From an uncultured Alphaproteobacteria bacterium (GTDB lineage: Bacteria; Pseudomonadota; Alphaproteobacteria; Rhizobiales; Xanthobacteraceae), in contig CAWBOW010000017.1 in NCBI GenBank assembly GCA_963790495.1, forward strand, positions 2,745-66,744: DNA of 64,000 nt, read 5' to 3'. Positions 30,512-41,116 of this stretch are shown here, in pieces. The number at the start of each line of letters is the position of its first letter. The stretch's first letter is position 1. The position numbers were made by a program, and so were the translations under genes. Below the pieces are notes generated by a model. It was not told the origin of the DNA. It made no database searches and worked only from the letters and a program-made list of their open reading frames with translations.

Positions 30512-30903
30512 GCGATATGCCCGTCGGTCACGACCACGGCGACCTCGCGCCCGGCCTTGACCCGGAAGGCACCAGCGTCTGGCACGAGATTGCCAGGGTT
30601 ATCTGCTCGGGCTCGTGCTTGCGAGCCTGCTCACCGTCGCGTCGTTCTGCCATGGTGCACACCAATCTGATCTGGGGGCCGGGCATTCCGGTGGCGCTGG
30701 CCGTGCTCGCCGTCGCGCAGATCGGCGTGCACCTGGTCTTCTTCCTGCATCTGACCACCGCGCCGGACAACACCAACAACGTGCTGGCGCTCGCCTTCGG
30801 CGTGCTGATCGTCGCGCTGATCATCGGCGGCTCGCTCTGGATCATGGACCATCTCGACACCCGCATGATGCCGATGGACCAGATCATGCAGATGCAGCGC
30901 TGA
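30508..30903 (+). pseudogene. cyoD: Cytochrome bo3 ubiquinol oxidase subunit IV, 2 compensating frame shifts as sequenced
   Basis: Last, small 3-TM subunit of the operon. An out-of-frame stretch (GYLLGLVLASLLTVASF) lies between about 30597 and 30650. Confidence 0.75.
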
Positions 30904-31088
30904 AGGCGTCGAAAACAACGGTCCGTCGAATAATGCGGGACGCGGCAGGGCGAGCCCGAAGCGGTGGGTATCCCTTTGGATACCGGGTGGGGCAAGCCCG
31001 CATGACACGCCCAAACTACGATTGGACAGCGCAGGCGCGCCACTCTATCCATTCGGCCAACCTATCGACCGACACATGAGATCCCAAC

Positions 31089-31976
31089 ATGACTGACACG
31101 CCGCAATACACGCCACCTGAAGTCTGGGTCTGGGAGAAGGAAGGCGGCCCCAATTGGCGCTACGGCAATACCAATCGCCCTATCGCGGGGGCGACGCATG
31201 AGAAAGCGCTGCCGCGCGGCAAGCATCCGCTGCAGCTCTACTCGCTGGCGACGCCCAATGGCGTCAAGGTTACAATCATGCTGGAGGAATTGCTGGCCGC
31301 CGGTCACAGCGGAGCGGAGTATGACGCATGGCTGATCCGGATCGGCGAGGGCGACCAGTTCGGCAGCGGATTTGTCGCGGTGAACCCGAATTCCAAAATC
31401 CCGGCGCTCATGGATTATAGCGAGCAGCCACCGCGACGCGTGTTCGAATCCGGCTCGATCCTGCTCTATTTGGCGGAGAAATTCGGCGCCTTCCTGCCCA
31501 AGGATCGCGGCAAGCGCACCGAGGCGCTGAACTGGCTGTTCTGGCAGATGGGTTCAACGCCTTATGTCGGCGGCGGCTTCGGGCACTTCTATGCCTATGC
31601 GCCGGTGAAGATCAAATATGCCATCGATCGTTTTGCGATGGAGGTCAAACGCCAGCTCGATGTCCTCGACCGGCAGTTGGCGGACAATCAATTCATCGCC
31701 GGAGACGAATATACGATCGCCGATATGGCGATCTGGCCGTGGTACGGCAACGGCATGTTGAACGGCGCCTCCTACAACGACCCGCGCAAGTTTTTGCAGA
31801 CGCATGAATACAAAAACCTGACGCGCTGGACAAAAGAAATCGGCGAGCGGGCCGCCGTCAAGCGCGGACGAATGGTCAACCGCGCCAGCGGACCGCTTGC
31901 AGAACAATTGCACGAACGCCATGACGCCGGCGATTTCGCAACCAAAACGCAGGACAAGATCGGCGCGCGCGGGTAA
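31089..31976 (+). CDS. yghU: Glutathione S-transferase, YghU (nu-class) family
   Basis: 295-aa ORF with an N-terminus typical of YghU/YfcG-type GSTs (YTPPEVWVWEKEGG...NRPIAGATHEKALPRGKHPLQLYSLATPNGVKVTIMLEE). Confidence 0.85.
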   Translation: MTDTPQYTPPEVWVWEKEGGPNWRYGNTNRPIAGATHEKALPRGKHPLQLYSLATPNGVKVTIMLEELLAAGHSGAEYDAWLIRIGEGDQFGSGFVAVNPNSKIPALMDYSEQPPRRVFESGSILLYLAEKFGAFLPKDRGKRTEALNWLFWQMGSTPYVGGGFGHFYAYAPVKIKYAIDRFAMEVKRQLDVLDRQLADNQFIAGDEYTIADMAIWPWYGNGMLNGASYNDPRKFLQTHEYKNLTRWTKEIGERAAVKRGRMVNRASGPLAEQLHERHDAGDFATKTQDKIGARG

Positions 31977-31982
31977 CCCGAG

Positions 31983-32056
31983 TTGCCATGGCGTGCGGTG
32001 GCTTGCGATTTCGGCGGCGTGCTCTATGTCACGGCCGAACGCGAGCCGGCTGTTTG
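31983..32056 (+). repeat. 74-bp imperfect direct duplicate of an internal comEC 5' segment
   Basis: About 86% identical by hand alignment (10 mismatches in 74) to 32365-32438. Encodes LPWRAVACDFGGVLYVTAEREPAV* versus ComEC LPWLAVAYGFGDVLYFTAEREPAV. Confidence 0.7.
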
Positions 32057-32157
32057 AGTTGCGGCGGCGCGATGCTGCGCCGCTCGTGCACCCCCCTCGC
32101 CAGCGCCCGCGGGCCCCTGTAGCCTAGGGTTGTATTTCAGCGCGCGGGGGCCGCGCA

Positions 32158-34481
32158 GTGGCGCAGCACGGCCAAGACACAACGAATACCAAGCTCGAGA
32201 ACCGCGTTCGCGCGGGCTCAGTGGCTTGGCCTATCGGCGATCGGCCGGTCGGCGGCCACGCACCGTGGACGGGCGCTTGGGGCGCAATCGGCGGGCAATC
32301 GCAATTCGCCGTTATGAGCCGCATCCGCAAATGGGCGGCGGTCGAAAGCGGTGCCGGGCGCCTCTTGCCATGGCTCGCGGTGGCTTACGGTTTCGGCGAC
32401 GTGCTGTATTTCACCGCCGAGCGCGAGCCGGCTGTCTGGGCGGCGGTGGCGCTTGCGGTGATCGGCGCGGCGATCGCGATCTTGGCACGGCGCAGGAGCT
32501 TCGGCTTTCCGCTGGCGCTTACCTTCGCCGCGCTCGCCAGCGGTTTCGCCTCCGCCACGCTGCACACGGCGTGGATCGCCCATCCGGTGCTGCGCCGCCC
32601 GGCCTGGGGCATCACCGTCACCGGCTTTGTCGAGTCGCGCGAGGAGCGCGAGAAGAGCGACCGCATCGTCGTGCGGGCGCACACGATTGAAGGCAGCCGC
32701 CTCGATCCGGCGCCGCAGCGCCTGCGCGTCGTCCTGCGCCCGGGAACCGCGCCGCCGGTCGGCGCATTCGCGGCGTTCAAGGCCGACCTGACGCCGCCGC
32801 TTTCGCCGCTGCGGCCCGGCGGCTACGATTTCGCGCGCGATATGTATTTTTCCGGGCTCGGCGCGTCGGGCTTCGTGCTCGGCCGGATCAAGACCGCCGC
32901 GCCGCCGGCCAAGGGCGGCGCCCGGCTGCGCTACGCCGCGGCCGTCGAGGGCATGCGCGAGAAGATCGATAAGCGCATCCGCGCCGTCATTCCCGGCGAC
33001 GAGGGCGCGATTGCCTCGGCGGTGATCACCGGCAAGCGCGGCGAAATTTCGCCGGCTGTCAAAGACGCCTTCTATGTCTCCAGCCTCGTCCATGTACTGG
33101 CGATCGCCGGCTTCCACATGGCGGTGGTGACCGGGATCATATTCTTTTTTGTTCGCGGCGGGCTTGCTTTGATCCCGGGGCTCGCCGAGCGCGCACCGAT
33201 CAAGAAATGGGCCGCGGCCTGCGCCTTCGTCATCGCCGCGTTTTATCTGGTGCTTTCCGGCGCCGGCATCGCCACCCAGCGCGCCTTCGTGATGGTCGCC
33301 ATAGTGCTTGTCGGCGTCATGGTCGATCGGCCGACGCTGACGTTCCGCACACTGAGCCTGGCCGTGTTCGCGGTCCTCGTCCTGGCGCCGCAGGCCGTCT
33401 TGACGCCGAGCTTTCAATTGTCGTTCGCGGCAACGCTCGCCTTGATCGCCGCTTATCAATTTGGACTGCCGTGGCATCCCAGACGCGACACCGGCTTTCG
33501 CGCACGTGTGGCGCTGTGGGGCGCGCGCGAGGTCGCGGCGATCGCCTTTACCTCGGTGATTGCCGGCCTCGCCACCATGCCTTTCGCCGCCTACCACTTC
33601 CATCGCCTGGCGCCCTATGGCGTCCTCGCCAATGTTCTGGCGATGCCGGTGGTCTCCGTCTGGGTCATGCCGATGGGCATTCTCGGCGTGCTGACCTTGC
33701 CGCTCGGTTTCGATGCCGAGTTCTGGCGGCTGATGGGCGATGGCATCGGCTGGATTATCACCGTCGTGCTGTGGGTGGCGCATCTGCCCGGAGCGGTCGG
33801 CCGCATTGCCGCCTTCGGCACCGGCCCGGTGCTGCTGTGCGCCGCGGGTTTGCTGCTGCTGTCGCTTCTGCGCAGTCCATTGCGCGTGACCGGCGTGCCG
33901 CTATGCTTGCCGCCGCACTCTGGGCGGTCGCAGCGCCGCGGCCGGATATCCTGGTGTCGCCCGACGGCGCGACCGTGGCGCTGCGCGGGCGTGACGGACG
34001 GCTTGCCGTGCTGCATGAGAGCCGCGACAACTACGCGCTCGAAGACTGGCTCGCGGCAGACGCCGACGGGCGCGACGTCCACGACCGCAGCTTGGGGGAG
34101 GGGATCGCCTGCGATCCGTCAGGCTGCACCGGCAAACTCGCCGACGGTGCGGTGGTGGCCTATGCGGTCGAACCCGATGCTTTCGAGGATGATTGCCGCC
34201 ATGCGTCCTTGATCCTGGCGGTGCATGACGATCCACCGCCCGGCTGCGCAGCGACGGTCATCGGACGCGATACCTGGTACGACCGCGGCGCGCTGGCCTT
34301 GCGCCGCGACGGCGCCGGCTTTGTCATCGAGTCGGCGCGGCCGGAAAATTACGACCGACCGTGGGCGCCGGCCTGGCATTCACGCGCCAACCAATCCTCC
34401 GATACGAGTACAGGCGCGACAGGCAACGCGGTGCCGCTTAAGGCCACCCCAACCAAAGACGATATCGAAGAGGATGAGTAA
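32158..34481 (+). pseudogene. comEC: ComEC/Rec2 family DNA internalisation channel protein, single frameshift as sequenced
   Basis: Polytopic competence-domain region (…VHVLAIAGFHMAVV…) in the 32158 frame. The C-terminal metallo-beta-lactamase-like tail continues in the 33207 frame (AAMLAAALWAVAAPRPDILVSPDG...). The switch is near 33893. Confidence 0.8.
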
Positions 34482-34639
34482 CGGGTCTTTCCCGTGCACG
34501 GCCCCATGGGCGGGGAGCCGGGACTCCGCCGCCGCCGCCGTTGCAGAACGATCTGCAATAATAACGATCTGCAATTATTCCGCTTTAGCGGTGAGCATAA
34601 ATTGCGGCGCGCGCCTTCGGCGCCCCGGAATAACGGTAT

Positions 34640-35341
34640 TCAATACCTTCGGAACAATCCCACGAGCTTGCCCTGAATGCGCACGCGGTTCGGCGGCAGA
34701 ATCCGCACTTCATAAGACGTGTTGGCGGGCTCGAGCGCGATCGAAGCGCCGCGGCGGCGGAAGCGCTTGAGCGTGGCTTCCTCGTCGTCGATCAAGGCGA
34801 CGACGATGTCGCCGGTATCGGCGGCGTCGGTGCGCTTGAGCAGCGCCATGTCGCCGTCGAGAATACCGGCCTCGATCATCGAATCGCCGCGCACTTCAAG
34901 CGCGAAATGCTCGCCGGTCGACAACATGTCGGGCGGCATGTTGATGGTGTGGCTGCGGGTCTGGATAGCCTCGATCGGGGTGCCGGCGGCGATCCGGCCC
35001 ATCACCGGCACCGCCACGGAGCGGCCGCCGTCCTCTTCGGAGGCCGCGCGAACGCGGCCGAGATTGCCTTCGATGACGCTCGGCGTGAAACCGCGGGCGC
35101 GCCCAGCACCCATGCCGTGGGCAATCAACTCCGGCAGCTTGATCACCTCGATGGCGCGCGCCCGGTTGGGCAGGCGGCGAATGAAGCCGCGCTCCTCGAG
35201 CGCCGTGATGAGACGGTGGATGCCGGACTTGGAGCGCAGATCCAGCGCATCCTTCATCTCGTCGAACGACGGCGGCACGCCCGCCTCCTTCAGCCGCTCA
35301 TGGATGAACCGCAAGAGCTCGGCTTGCTTGCGCGTCAGCAT
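34640..35341 (-). CDS. lexA: LexA repressor
   Basis: N-terminal wHTH ([29 protein letters not shown]) and an S24 peptidase domain (GDSM...ATLKR). The start is taken at the internal Met. Confidence 0.93.
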   Translation of the reverse strand: MLTRKQAELLRFIHERLKEAGVPPSFDEMKDALDLRSKSGIHRLITALEERGFIRRLPNRARAIEVIKLPELIAHGMGAGRARGFTPSVIEGNLGRVRAASEEDGGRSVAVPVMGRIAAGTPIEAIQTRSHTINMPPDMLSTGEHFALEVRGDSMIEAGILDGDMALLKRTDAADTGDIVVALIDDEEATLKRFRRRGASIALEPANTSYEVRILPPNRVRIQGKLVGLFRRY

Positions 35342-35407
35342 CGGCGTTGGTCTCCCTCGGCAACTTTCGACCGAAAGGTCGAAACAAATCATGAACGGAC
35401 ACTATCC

Positions 35408-35422
35408 GTTCCATATGTGTTC
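35408..35422. promoter_or_regulatory. Alphaproteobacterial SOS box (LexA operator)
   Basis: GTTC-catatgt-GTTC, an exact match to the GTTC-N7-GTTC direct repeat, 67 nt upstream of the lexA start. Confidence 0.7.
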
Positions 35423-35627
35423 TGCAACCATTTAATTTGAAGTGAAGAAAGCGCGGCTCGGAGCGAACCGCCGCTTAAGCCTAAGAAATTTGCCGAACGA
35501 TCGCTGTTTCTTGCTTTTGAAGCACAATGGCGAGCGCGGCGTCGCACTGTTCCTGCGGATTTAAAGGGGATGCTGTGTCAGAGGGGCCGAAATCGAGATG
35601 AACGCGATTCGGCCGCCGTCGCGGCGT

Positions 35628-36830
35628 TCAGCGATCGAACCGCATGATCTCGCAGGCGCTGCCGGCCTTCGCTGGCGACGCATGAGGCGCGCGGATGACG
35701 AGACAGCCGGCCTGGGCGAGCGGCGCCATCATGGATGAATCCTGCGCCGGGAACGGCGTCGCAATAAGCCCGTCGGCGCTGTCGTCGAGTTTGGCGCGCA
35801 GGTAGTCGGCACGCTCGTCGTTCTCGGCAAGATCGCAGCCGAGCACGGCGTGCTCGATCGGCGCCACCAGATCGGTGCGGCCGCTCATGCGGCGGATGAG
35901 CGGCACCAGAAACAAAAACGCACAAACATAAGACGACACCGGATTGCCCGGCAGGCCGAGCATATGCATGTCGCCGAGCCGGCCGTGCATCAGCGGCCGT
36001 CCGGGCCGCATCGCCACCTTCCAAAACGACAGGTCGACGCCTTCTTCGGCAAAGGCCTTTTGCACGAAATCGTGCTCGCCGACCGAGGCGCCGCCGGTGG
36101 TGACCAGAATATCGGCGGGGAGGTCGCGCGCATCCTCGATCGCGGTCATCGTCGCTTGCAGCGTATCGTGGACGATGCCGAGATCGGTCACGTCGGCGCC
36201 CTCGGCACGCGCCAGCGCGGCGAGCGAAAAGCCGTTGGAGTAGACGATCTGGCCCGGCCCTGGCTCGCGGCCGGGCGGCACGAGTTCATCGCCGGTGGCA
36301 AATAGCGCAATGCGCGGCCGGCGATAGACCGGCACCAGCGGGTAATTCATCCCGGCGGCCAAAGCGAGATCGCGCGCGCGGAGCCGGTGGCCCTTGCGCA
36401 ACAGTGTCTCGCCGGCGGTAAAGTCCAGGCCTTTAGGCCGGACATTGCGGCCCTTGGCCGTGGACTTCTGGATTTCGACAACGTCGCCGTCGCGCCTGGT
36501 GACTTCCTGGACGACCACGGTATCGGCGCCGTCCGGCACCACGCCGCCGGTGAAAATACGGGCTGTCTGTCCGGCAGCAACCGGTTTGGCAAAGGGCCGG
36601 CCGGCGGCGACTTCGCCGACGATATCCAGGCGCACTGGAGCGCCTACGATATCTGCCGCCCGCACCGCATAGCCGTCCATGGCCGAAACGGCCGCCGGCG
36701 GCTGGGTGCGGAGCGCCTTGAGGTCGAACGCGAGGACGCTGCCGTCGGCCCGTTCCAGCGGTACTTCATCGGGCGGCAGGGGCTTGGCATGCGCCAGCAC
36801 CTGTTCGAGCGCTTCGGCGACCGAAATCAC
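35628..36830 (-). CDS. moeA: Molybdopterin molybdenumtransferase
   Basis: 400-aa MoeA-type ORF (…SAMDGYAV…, …TTGGASVGEHD…, …PGNPVSS…). Confidence 0.9.
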   Translation of the reverse strand: MISVAEALEQVLAHAKPLPPDEVPLERADGSVLAFDLKALRTQPPAAVSAMDGYAVRAADIVGAPVRLDIVGEVAAGRPFAKPVAAGQTARIFTGGVVPDGADTVVVQEVTRRDGDVVEIQKSTAKGRNVRPKGLDFTAGETLLRKGHRLRARDLALAAGMNYPLVPVYRRPRIALFATGDELVPPGREPGPGQIVYSNGFSLAALARAEGADVTDLGIVHDTLQATMTAIEDARDLPADILVTTGGASVGEHDFVQKAFAEEGVDLSFWKVAMRPGRPLMHGRLGDMHMLGLPGNPVSSYVCAFLFLVPLIRRMSGRTDLVAPIEHAVLGCDLAENDERADYLRAKLDDSADGLIATPFPAQDSSMMAPLAQAGCLVIRAPHASPAKAGSACEIMRFDR

Positions 36831-36834
36831 GCGA

Positions 36835-37338
36835 CTACTCCCGTTTCATTTGCGGGGCGCGGTAATGGCCGGAGCGGCCGCCGCGCTTCTCGACCAGCCG
36901 GATGCCCTCGATGCGCATGCCGCGCTCGACCGCTTTCACCATGTCATAGAGGGTGAGGCAGGCGACCGAAACCGCTGTCAGGGCTTCCATTTCGACGCCG
37001 GTGTTGCCGACGACCTTGACCCGCGCCGTGACCACGACGCCGGGCAATTTGGTATCGGGCGCAAGATCGACCTCGACCTTCGAGATCGACAGCGGGTGGC
37101 ACAGCGGAATCAATTCATGCGTCCGCTTGGCCGCAAGAATTCCGGCAAGCCGCGCGGTGCCGAGAACGTCGCCCTTCTTGGCATCGCCGCGGCGGATGAT
37201 GGCGAGCGTTGCGCCCTGCATGATCACGCGGCCCTCGGCAACGGCTTCCCGCTCGGTCACCGGCTTCGCCGAAACATCGACCATGCGGGCCTCGCCGCGA
37301 CGGTCGAGATGACTGAGTTGTTTTGCGCGCCGGGCCAA
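36835..37338 (-). CDS. moaC: Cyclic pyranopterin monophosphate synthase
   Basis: 167-aa ORF with MoaC motifs ([32 protein letters not shown]). Confidence 0.93.
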   Translation of the reverse strand: MARRAKQLSHLDRRGEARMVDVSAKPVTEREAVAEGRVIMQGATLAIIRRGDAKKGDVLGTARLAGILAAKRTHELIPLCHPLSISKVEVDLAPDTKLPGVVVTARVKVVGNTGVEMEALTAVSVACLTLYDMVKAVERGMRIEGIRLVEKRGGRSGHYRAPQMKRE

Positions 37339-37371
37339 AGTCGTTACCTGATTCCGTTGGCGAACTTTTAG

Positions 37372-38187
37372 TTACCGTACCGGCGCCGCGACGGCGTCAC
37401 GGGCAAGCAAAGCGCGTGTCGCGGCGGTGACGTCGCTTTGCCGCATCAGGCTTTCGCCGACCAGGAAAGCCGCGATGCCGGCTTGCGTCAGGCGGCTGAC
37501 ATCCACCGGCGTGAAAATTCCGCTTTCGCCGACGATGATGCGTCCCGCCGGAACCAGGCGCGCCAGCCGTTCGCAGGTCGCAAGCGTGGTGTTGAAGGTT
37601 TTGAGATCGCGATTGTTGATGCCGAGAAGTTGAGATTTTAGGCGAAGCGCCCGTTCCAATTCCTTCTCGTCGTGGACTTCCAACAGCGCATCCATGCCAA
37701 GCCCGAGCGCCGCCTGCTCGAGCTCGGCCGCCAAGCCATCGTCGACCGCCGCCAGGATGATGAGGATGCAGTCGGCGCCGGACGCGCGGGCCTCCGTCAC
37801 CTGATAGAGGTCGTACATGAAATCCTTGCGCAGCACCGGTAGCCGCGTTGCCGCGCGCACCGCGAGCAAATGATCGAGGCTGCCCTGAAACGATGGCGCA
37901 TCGGTCAGCACCGAGAGGCAAGTGGCGCCGCCGGCTTCGTAAGCATGCGCCAGCGCCGGCGGATCGAAATCGTCGCGGATCAGGCCGCGCGACGGACTTG
38001 CCTTCTTGATCTCGGCAATCAGCGCGTAATCGCCCGCGGCCAGCCGACTTGCAATCGCGCGCGCAAAGCCGCGCGGAGCGTCCGCGGCCTCGGCAGCGGC
38101 CTGCAGTGCTGCGTGGGGACGGCGCGCCTTGGCGGTGGCGATCTCCGCGCGCTTATAGGCCGCTATCTTCTCCAATATGTCAGCCAT
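37372..38187 (-). CDS. trpC: Indole-3-glycerol phosphate synthase
   Basis: 271-aa ORF with trpC motifs ([29 protein letters not shown]). Confidence 0.93.
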   Translation of the reverse strand: MADILEKIAAYKRAEIATAKARRPHAALQAAAEAADAPRGFARAIASRLAAGDYALIAEIKKASPSRGLIRDDFDPPALAHAYEAGGATCLSVLTDAPSFQGSLDHLLAVRAATRLPVLRKDFMYDLYQVTEARASGADCILIILAAVDDGLAAELEQAALGLGMDALLEVHDEKELERALRLKSQLLGINNRDLKTFNTTLATCERLARLVPAGRIIVGESGIFTPVDVSRLTQAGIAAFLVGESLMRQSDVTAATRALLARDAVAAPVR

Positions 38188-39199
38188 CGTTGGAGACCAC
38201 GATCAGCCGGTCGAGCCGGCCCTCGGCTTCGCCGGAATCCACCGAATGACTGGCAAGGGCGAAGCCGGATTGAAGGTCTTTGGCCTTGCCGGCGACGACG
38301 AGCGCCGCGGCGGCGTTCAACAGCGCCACGTCGCGCAGCGCGGTTTTCTTGCCTTCCAGTACATCCTCGACCGCCCGGGCATTGGCCGGCGCATCGCCGC
38401 CGCGCAATTCTTCCGGCCGCACGCGGCGCAGCCCGACCTCTTCCGGCGTGATCTCGAAGCTTGTGATGGCGCCGTCTTCGAGCGCGGTGACGCTGGTCGG
38501 TCCCGACGTCGTCACTTCGTCGAGCCCGTCGGCGCCGTGGACGACCCAGACCCGCTCGGAACCGAGATTTTTCAACACATGCGCCAGCGGCTCGGTCCAC
38601 TGCTTGGAGAACACGCCGACCATCTGCCGCTTCACGCCGGCGGGATTGGACAAGGGACCGAGCAGGTTGAAAATGGTGCGAGTCCCCATCTCCACCCGGG
38701 TCGGCCCGACGTTCTTCATCGCCGGGTGATGCGCCGGCGCGAACATGAAGCCGATGCCGGCCTCGTGGATGCAATGGCCGATCTGCTGCGGATTAAGATC
38801 GATATTGACGCCGAGCGCCGTCAGTACGTCGGCGGCGCCCGACTTCGACGACAGTGCGCGATTGCCGTGCTTGGCGACCGGCACCCCGGCGCCCGCGACG
38901 ATCAGCGCCGCCGTGGTCGAAATGTTGAACGAGCCCGAGGCATCGCCGCCGGTGCCGACGACATCGACCGCGTCCGGCGGCGCCTCGACCCGCAGCATTT
39001 TCGACCGCATCGCCGACACCGCGCCGGTAATCTCGTCGACGGTCTCGCCGCGCAGCCGTAAGCCCATCAACAGCGCGCCCATCTGCGACGGCGTCGCTTC
39101 GCCCGACATCATCTGTTCGAAGGCGCTGGCCGCTTCGGCGCGCGTCAGGACTGCGCCGGTCGCGACCTTGCCGATGAGCGCCTTTAACTCCACGGTCAC
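38180..39199 (-). CDS. trpD: Anthranilate phosphoribosyltransferase
   Basis: 339-aa ORF with [15 protein letters not shown] and GPLSNPA motifs. It overlaps trpC by 8 nt. Confidence 0.93.
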   Translation of the reverse strand: MTVELKALIGKVATGAVLTRAEAASAFEQMMSGEATPSQMGALLMGLRLRGETVDEITGAVSAMRSKMLRVEAPPDAVDVVGTGGDASGSFNISTTAALIVAGAGVPVAKHGNRALSSKSGAADVLTALGVNIDLNPQQIGHCIHEAGIGFMFAPAHHPAMKNVGPTRVEMGTRTIFNLLGPLSNPAGVKRQMVGVFSKQWTEPLAHVLKNLGSERVWVVHGADGLDEVTTSGPTSVTALEDGAITSFEITPEEVGLRRVRPEELRGGDAPANARAVEDVLEGKKTALRDVALLNAAAALVVAGKAKDLQSGFALASHSVDSGEAEGRLDRLIVVSNDG

Positions 39200-39211
39200 G
39201 GTCAGCGATCC

Positions 39212-39856
39212 TTACAGCGCGTAAGCGGGCGTTTTGCGCGAAGCCGACGGCGCGCCGGCGGTGCGCCGGCCGGCCGCTACGTTCCAGGCCGCGGCGATTT
39301 CAAGGAAGTTCTTCAGCATCAGATGGCCATGGTCCGACGCGATGCTTTCGGGGTGGAATTGCACGCCGTGCACCGGCAGCCTGGCGTGGGAGAGCCCCAT
39401 GATCAGGCCGTCGTCGGTCTGTGCGGTGACGCTGAGCTCAGCCGGCAGGGTCTCGCGATCGACCACCAGCGAGTGATAGCGCGTCGCCTTGAACGGTCCG
39501 TTGATGCCGCGAAACAACCCGCGCCCACCATGCCTGATGTCCGACAACTTGCCGTGCACCGGCACCGGCGCGCGCACGATTTTGCCGCCAAACGCATCGC
39601 CGATGGCCTGATGGCCGAGGCAGACACCGAGGGTGGGAATGCTTGGCGCCGCTTGCGCGATCAGCGCAAGGCAAATGCCGGCTTCCTTCGGCGTGCACGG
39701 TCCCGGCGACAGCACGATGGCCTCGGGCGCGGCCTCGATCACCGCGGCGGCGGTGACCTTGTCGTTGCGGTGCACGGAAACCTCCGCGCCCAGTTCACCG
39801 AAATAGTGCACCAGGTTGAAAGTGAAGCTGTCGTAGTTGTCGATCAGCACAATCAT
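39212..39856 (-). CDS. trpG: Anthranilate synthase component II (glutamine amidotransferase)
   Basis: Class I GATase motifs (IDNYDSFT, GVCLGHQ, HPES) in the trpG-trpD-trpC order. Confidence 0.88.
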   Translation of the reverse strand: MIVLIDNYDSFTFNLVHYFGELGAEVSVHRNDKVTAAAVIEAAPEAIVLSPGPCTPKEAGICLALIAQAAPSIPTLGVCLGHQAIGDAFGGKIVRAPVPVHGKLSDIRHGGRGLFRGINGPFKATRYHSLVVDRETLPAELSVTAQTDDGLIMGLSHARLPVHGVQFHPESIASDHGHLMLKNFLEIAAAWNVAAGRRTAGAPSASRKTPAYAL

Positions 39857-40075
39857 GGTCGGCCCGGGCGGCTCTTAGACACCGGCGAGGGCAGGGGTCA
39901 AGGCGGCGGTTGGTTCCTGGTGCGGGGCTAGAGTAATGCACTTCGGGCCCCAAAACGAGGCCAAAAGGACCCGCTCGGCAAACCAACCCGCGTGCTGACG
40001 GCCGGTAGCCCGTCCGATCGCGCGGAAGGCGGCGCTCAGCTTTCGCCAAGCAACCGGGATGCGGCGCTCTACGCG

Positions 40076-40327
40076 TTACTTGTCGGCGATGAACCGCGCC
40101 TGTCGCGGCTCCAAGAGGGGGTGGCGCACGTCGCGCATACAAGCGGCCTCGAAATACGGCCACGCATTCTGCGAACAGTCGACGCCAAGCGGGCGGATAT
40201 CGGCGCGGTCGCCCTTGGCGGCCACTACTGCTGCGTTAGCTTGGACTGAAAAAGACAAACTCGGAAAAGCAACAAAACAAGCCGCCACGATCGCGGCAAC
40301 CGCAATGGCGTAAACGGTCTTGATCAT
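40076..40327 (-). CDS. Hypothetical exported small protein (83 aa)
   Basis: N-terminal signal/TM segment MIKTVYAIAVAAIVAACFVAF, with two Cys in the mature part. Confidence 0.5.
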   Translation of the reverse strand: MIKTVYAIAVAAIVAACFVAFPSLSFSVQANAAVVAAKGDRADIRPLGVDCSQNAWPYFEAACMRDVRHPLLEPRQARFIADK

Positions 40328-40605
40328 GACACCGGTCCCTGTGCTGCGCTCTTAGACGCTCTGAGAACGAAACGCGTTCTTGGCGCTGGAGTTGCTTTGC
40401 TATTTTCATAAATTTTTAGCGCCGATTGGGAACAACGGCTGTGACCTACGGCACCCCGCTGGGATTTATGCTAAGATGTTGAAATAGCGTCCTGTTTTGT
40501 TCAGATTTGAATTCATTGGATCGCCAGCCGGCAAACGAGCGCGCTTGCAGTCGCCGGACCCGCGGGCTAGACCGCCCGCCAGAAACCCACGCTTAGGCCC
40601 CGTCT

Positions 40606-41100
40606 ATGCCCCGCGTTGCGCTGTTTGCCGGATCGTTCGATCCCATCACCAACGGCCATCTCGATGTCGTCAGCAAAGCGGTGAAGCTTGTCGATAAGCT
40701 TGTGCTTGCCGTTGGCGTCCATCCCGGCAAGACGCCGCTATTCTCGGTCGACGAGCGGCTTTCGATGCTCAACGAGATTTGCACGCCGCTCGGCCGTGCC
40801 GCCGGCTGCGAGATCGTTGCCACCACCTTCGCCGATCTGGTCGTGACCGCCGCCCGCCGCGCCGGCGCCACGGTGCTGGTGCGCGGCGTGCGCGACGCCA
40901 CCGATTTCGACTACGAAATGCAGATGGCCGGCATGAACGCCGCCATGGCGCCCGACGTGCAGACCGTCTTTTTGCCGGCGGCGCCGGCGGTGCGCCCCAT
41001 CACCGCCACGCTGGTGCGACAGATCGCCGGCATGGGCGGCGACGTAGCAGCCTTCGTGCCTGCAGCCGTCGCCGCACGGCTGAAGCAGAAATTCGTCTGA
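40606..41100 (+). CDS. coaD: Phosphopantetheine adenylyltransferase
   Basis: 164-aa ORF with [12 protein letters not shown] and RG.R...DFEYE motifs. Confidence 0.93.
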   Translation: MPRVALFAGSFDPITNGHLDVVSKAVKLVDKLVLAVGVHPGKTPLFSVDERLSMLNEICTPLGRAAGCEIVATTFADLVVTAARRAGATVLVRGVRDATDFDYEMQMAGMNAAMAPDVQTVFLPAAPAVRPITATLVRQIAGMGGDVAAFVPAAVAARLKQKFV

Positions 41101-41116
41101 CAACCCCGGAGCCGAC

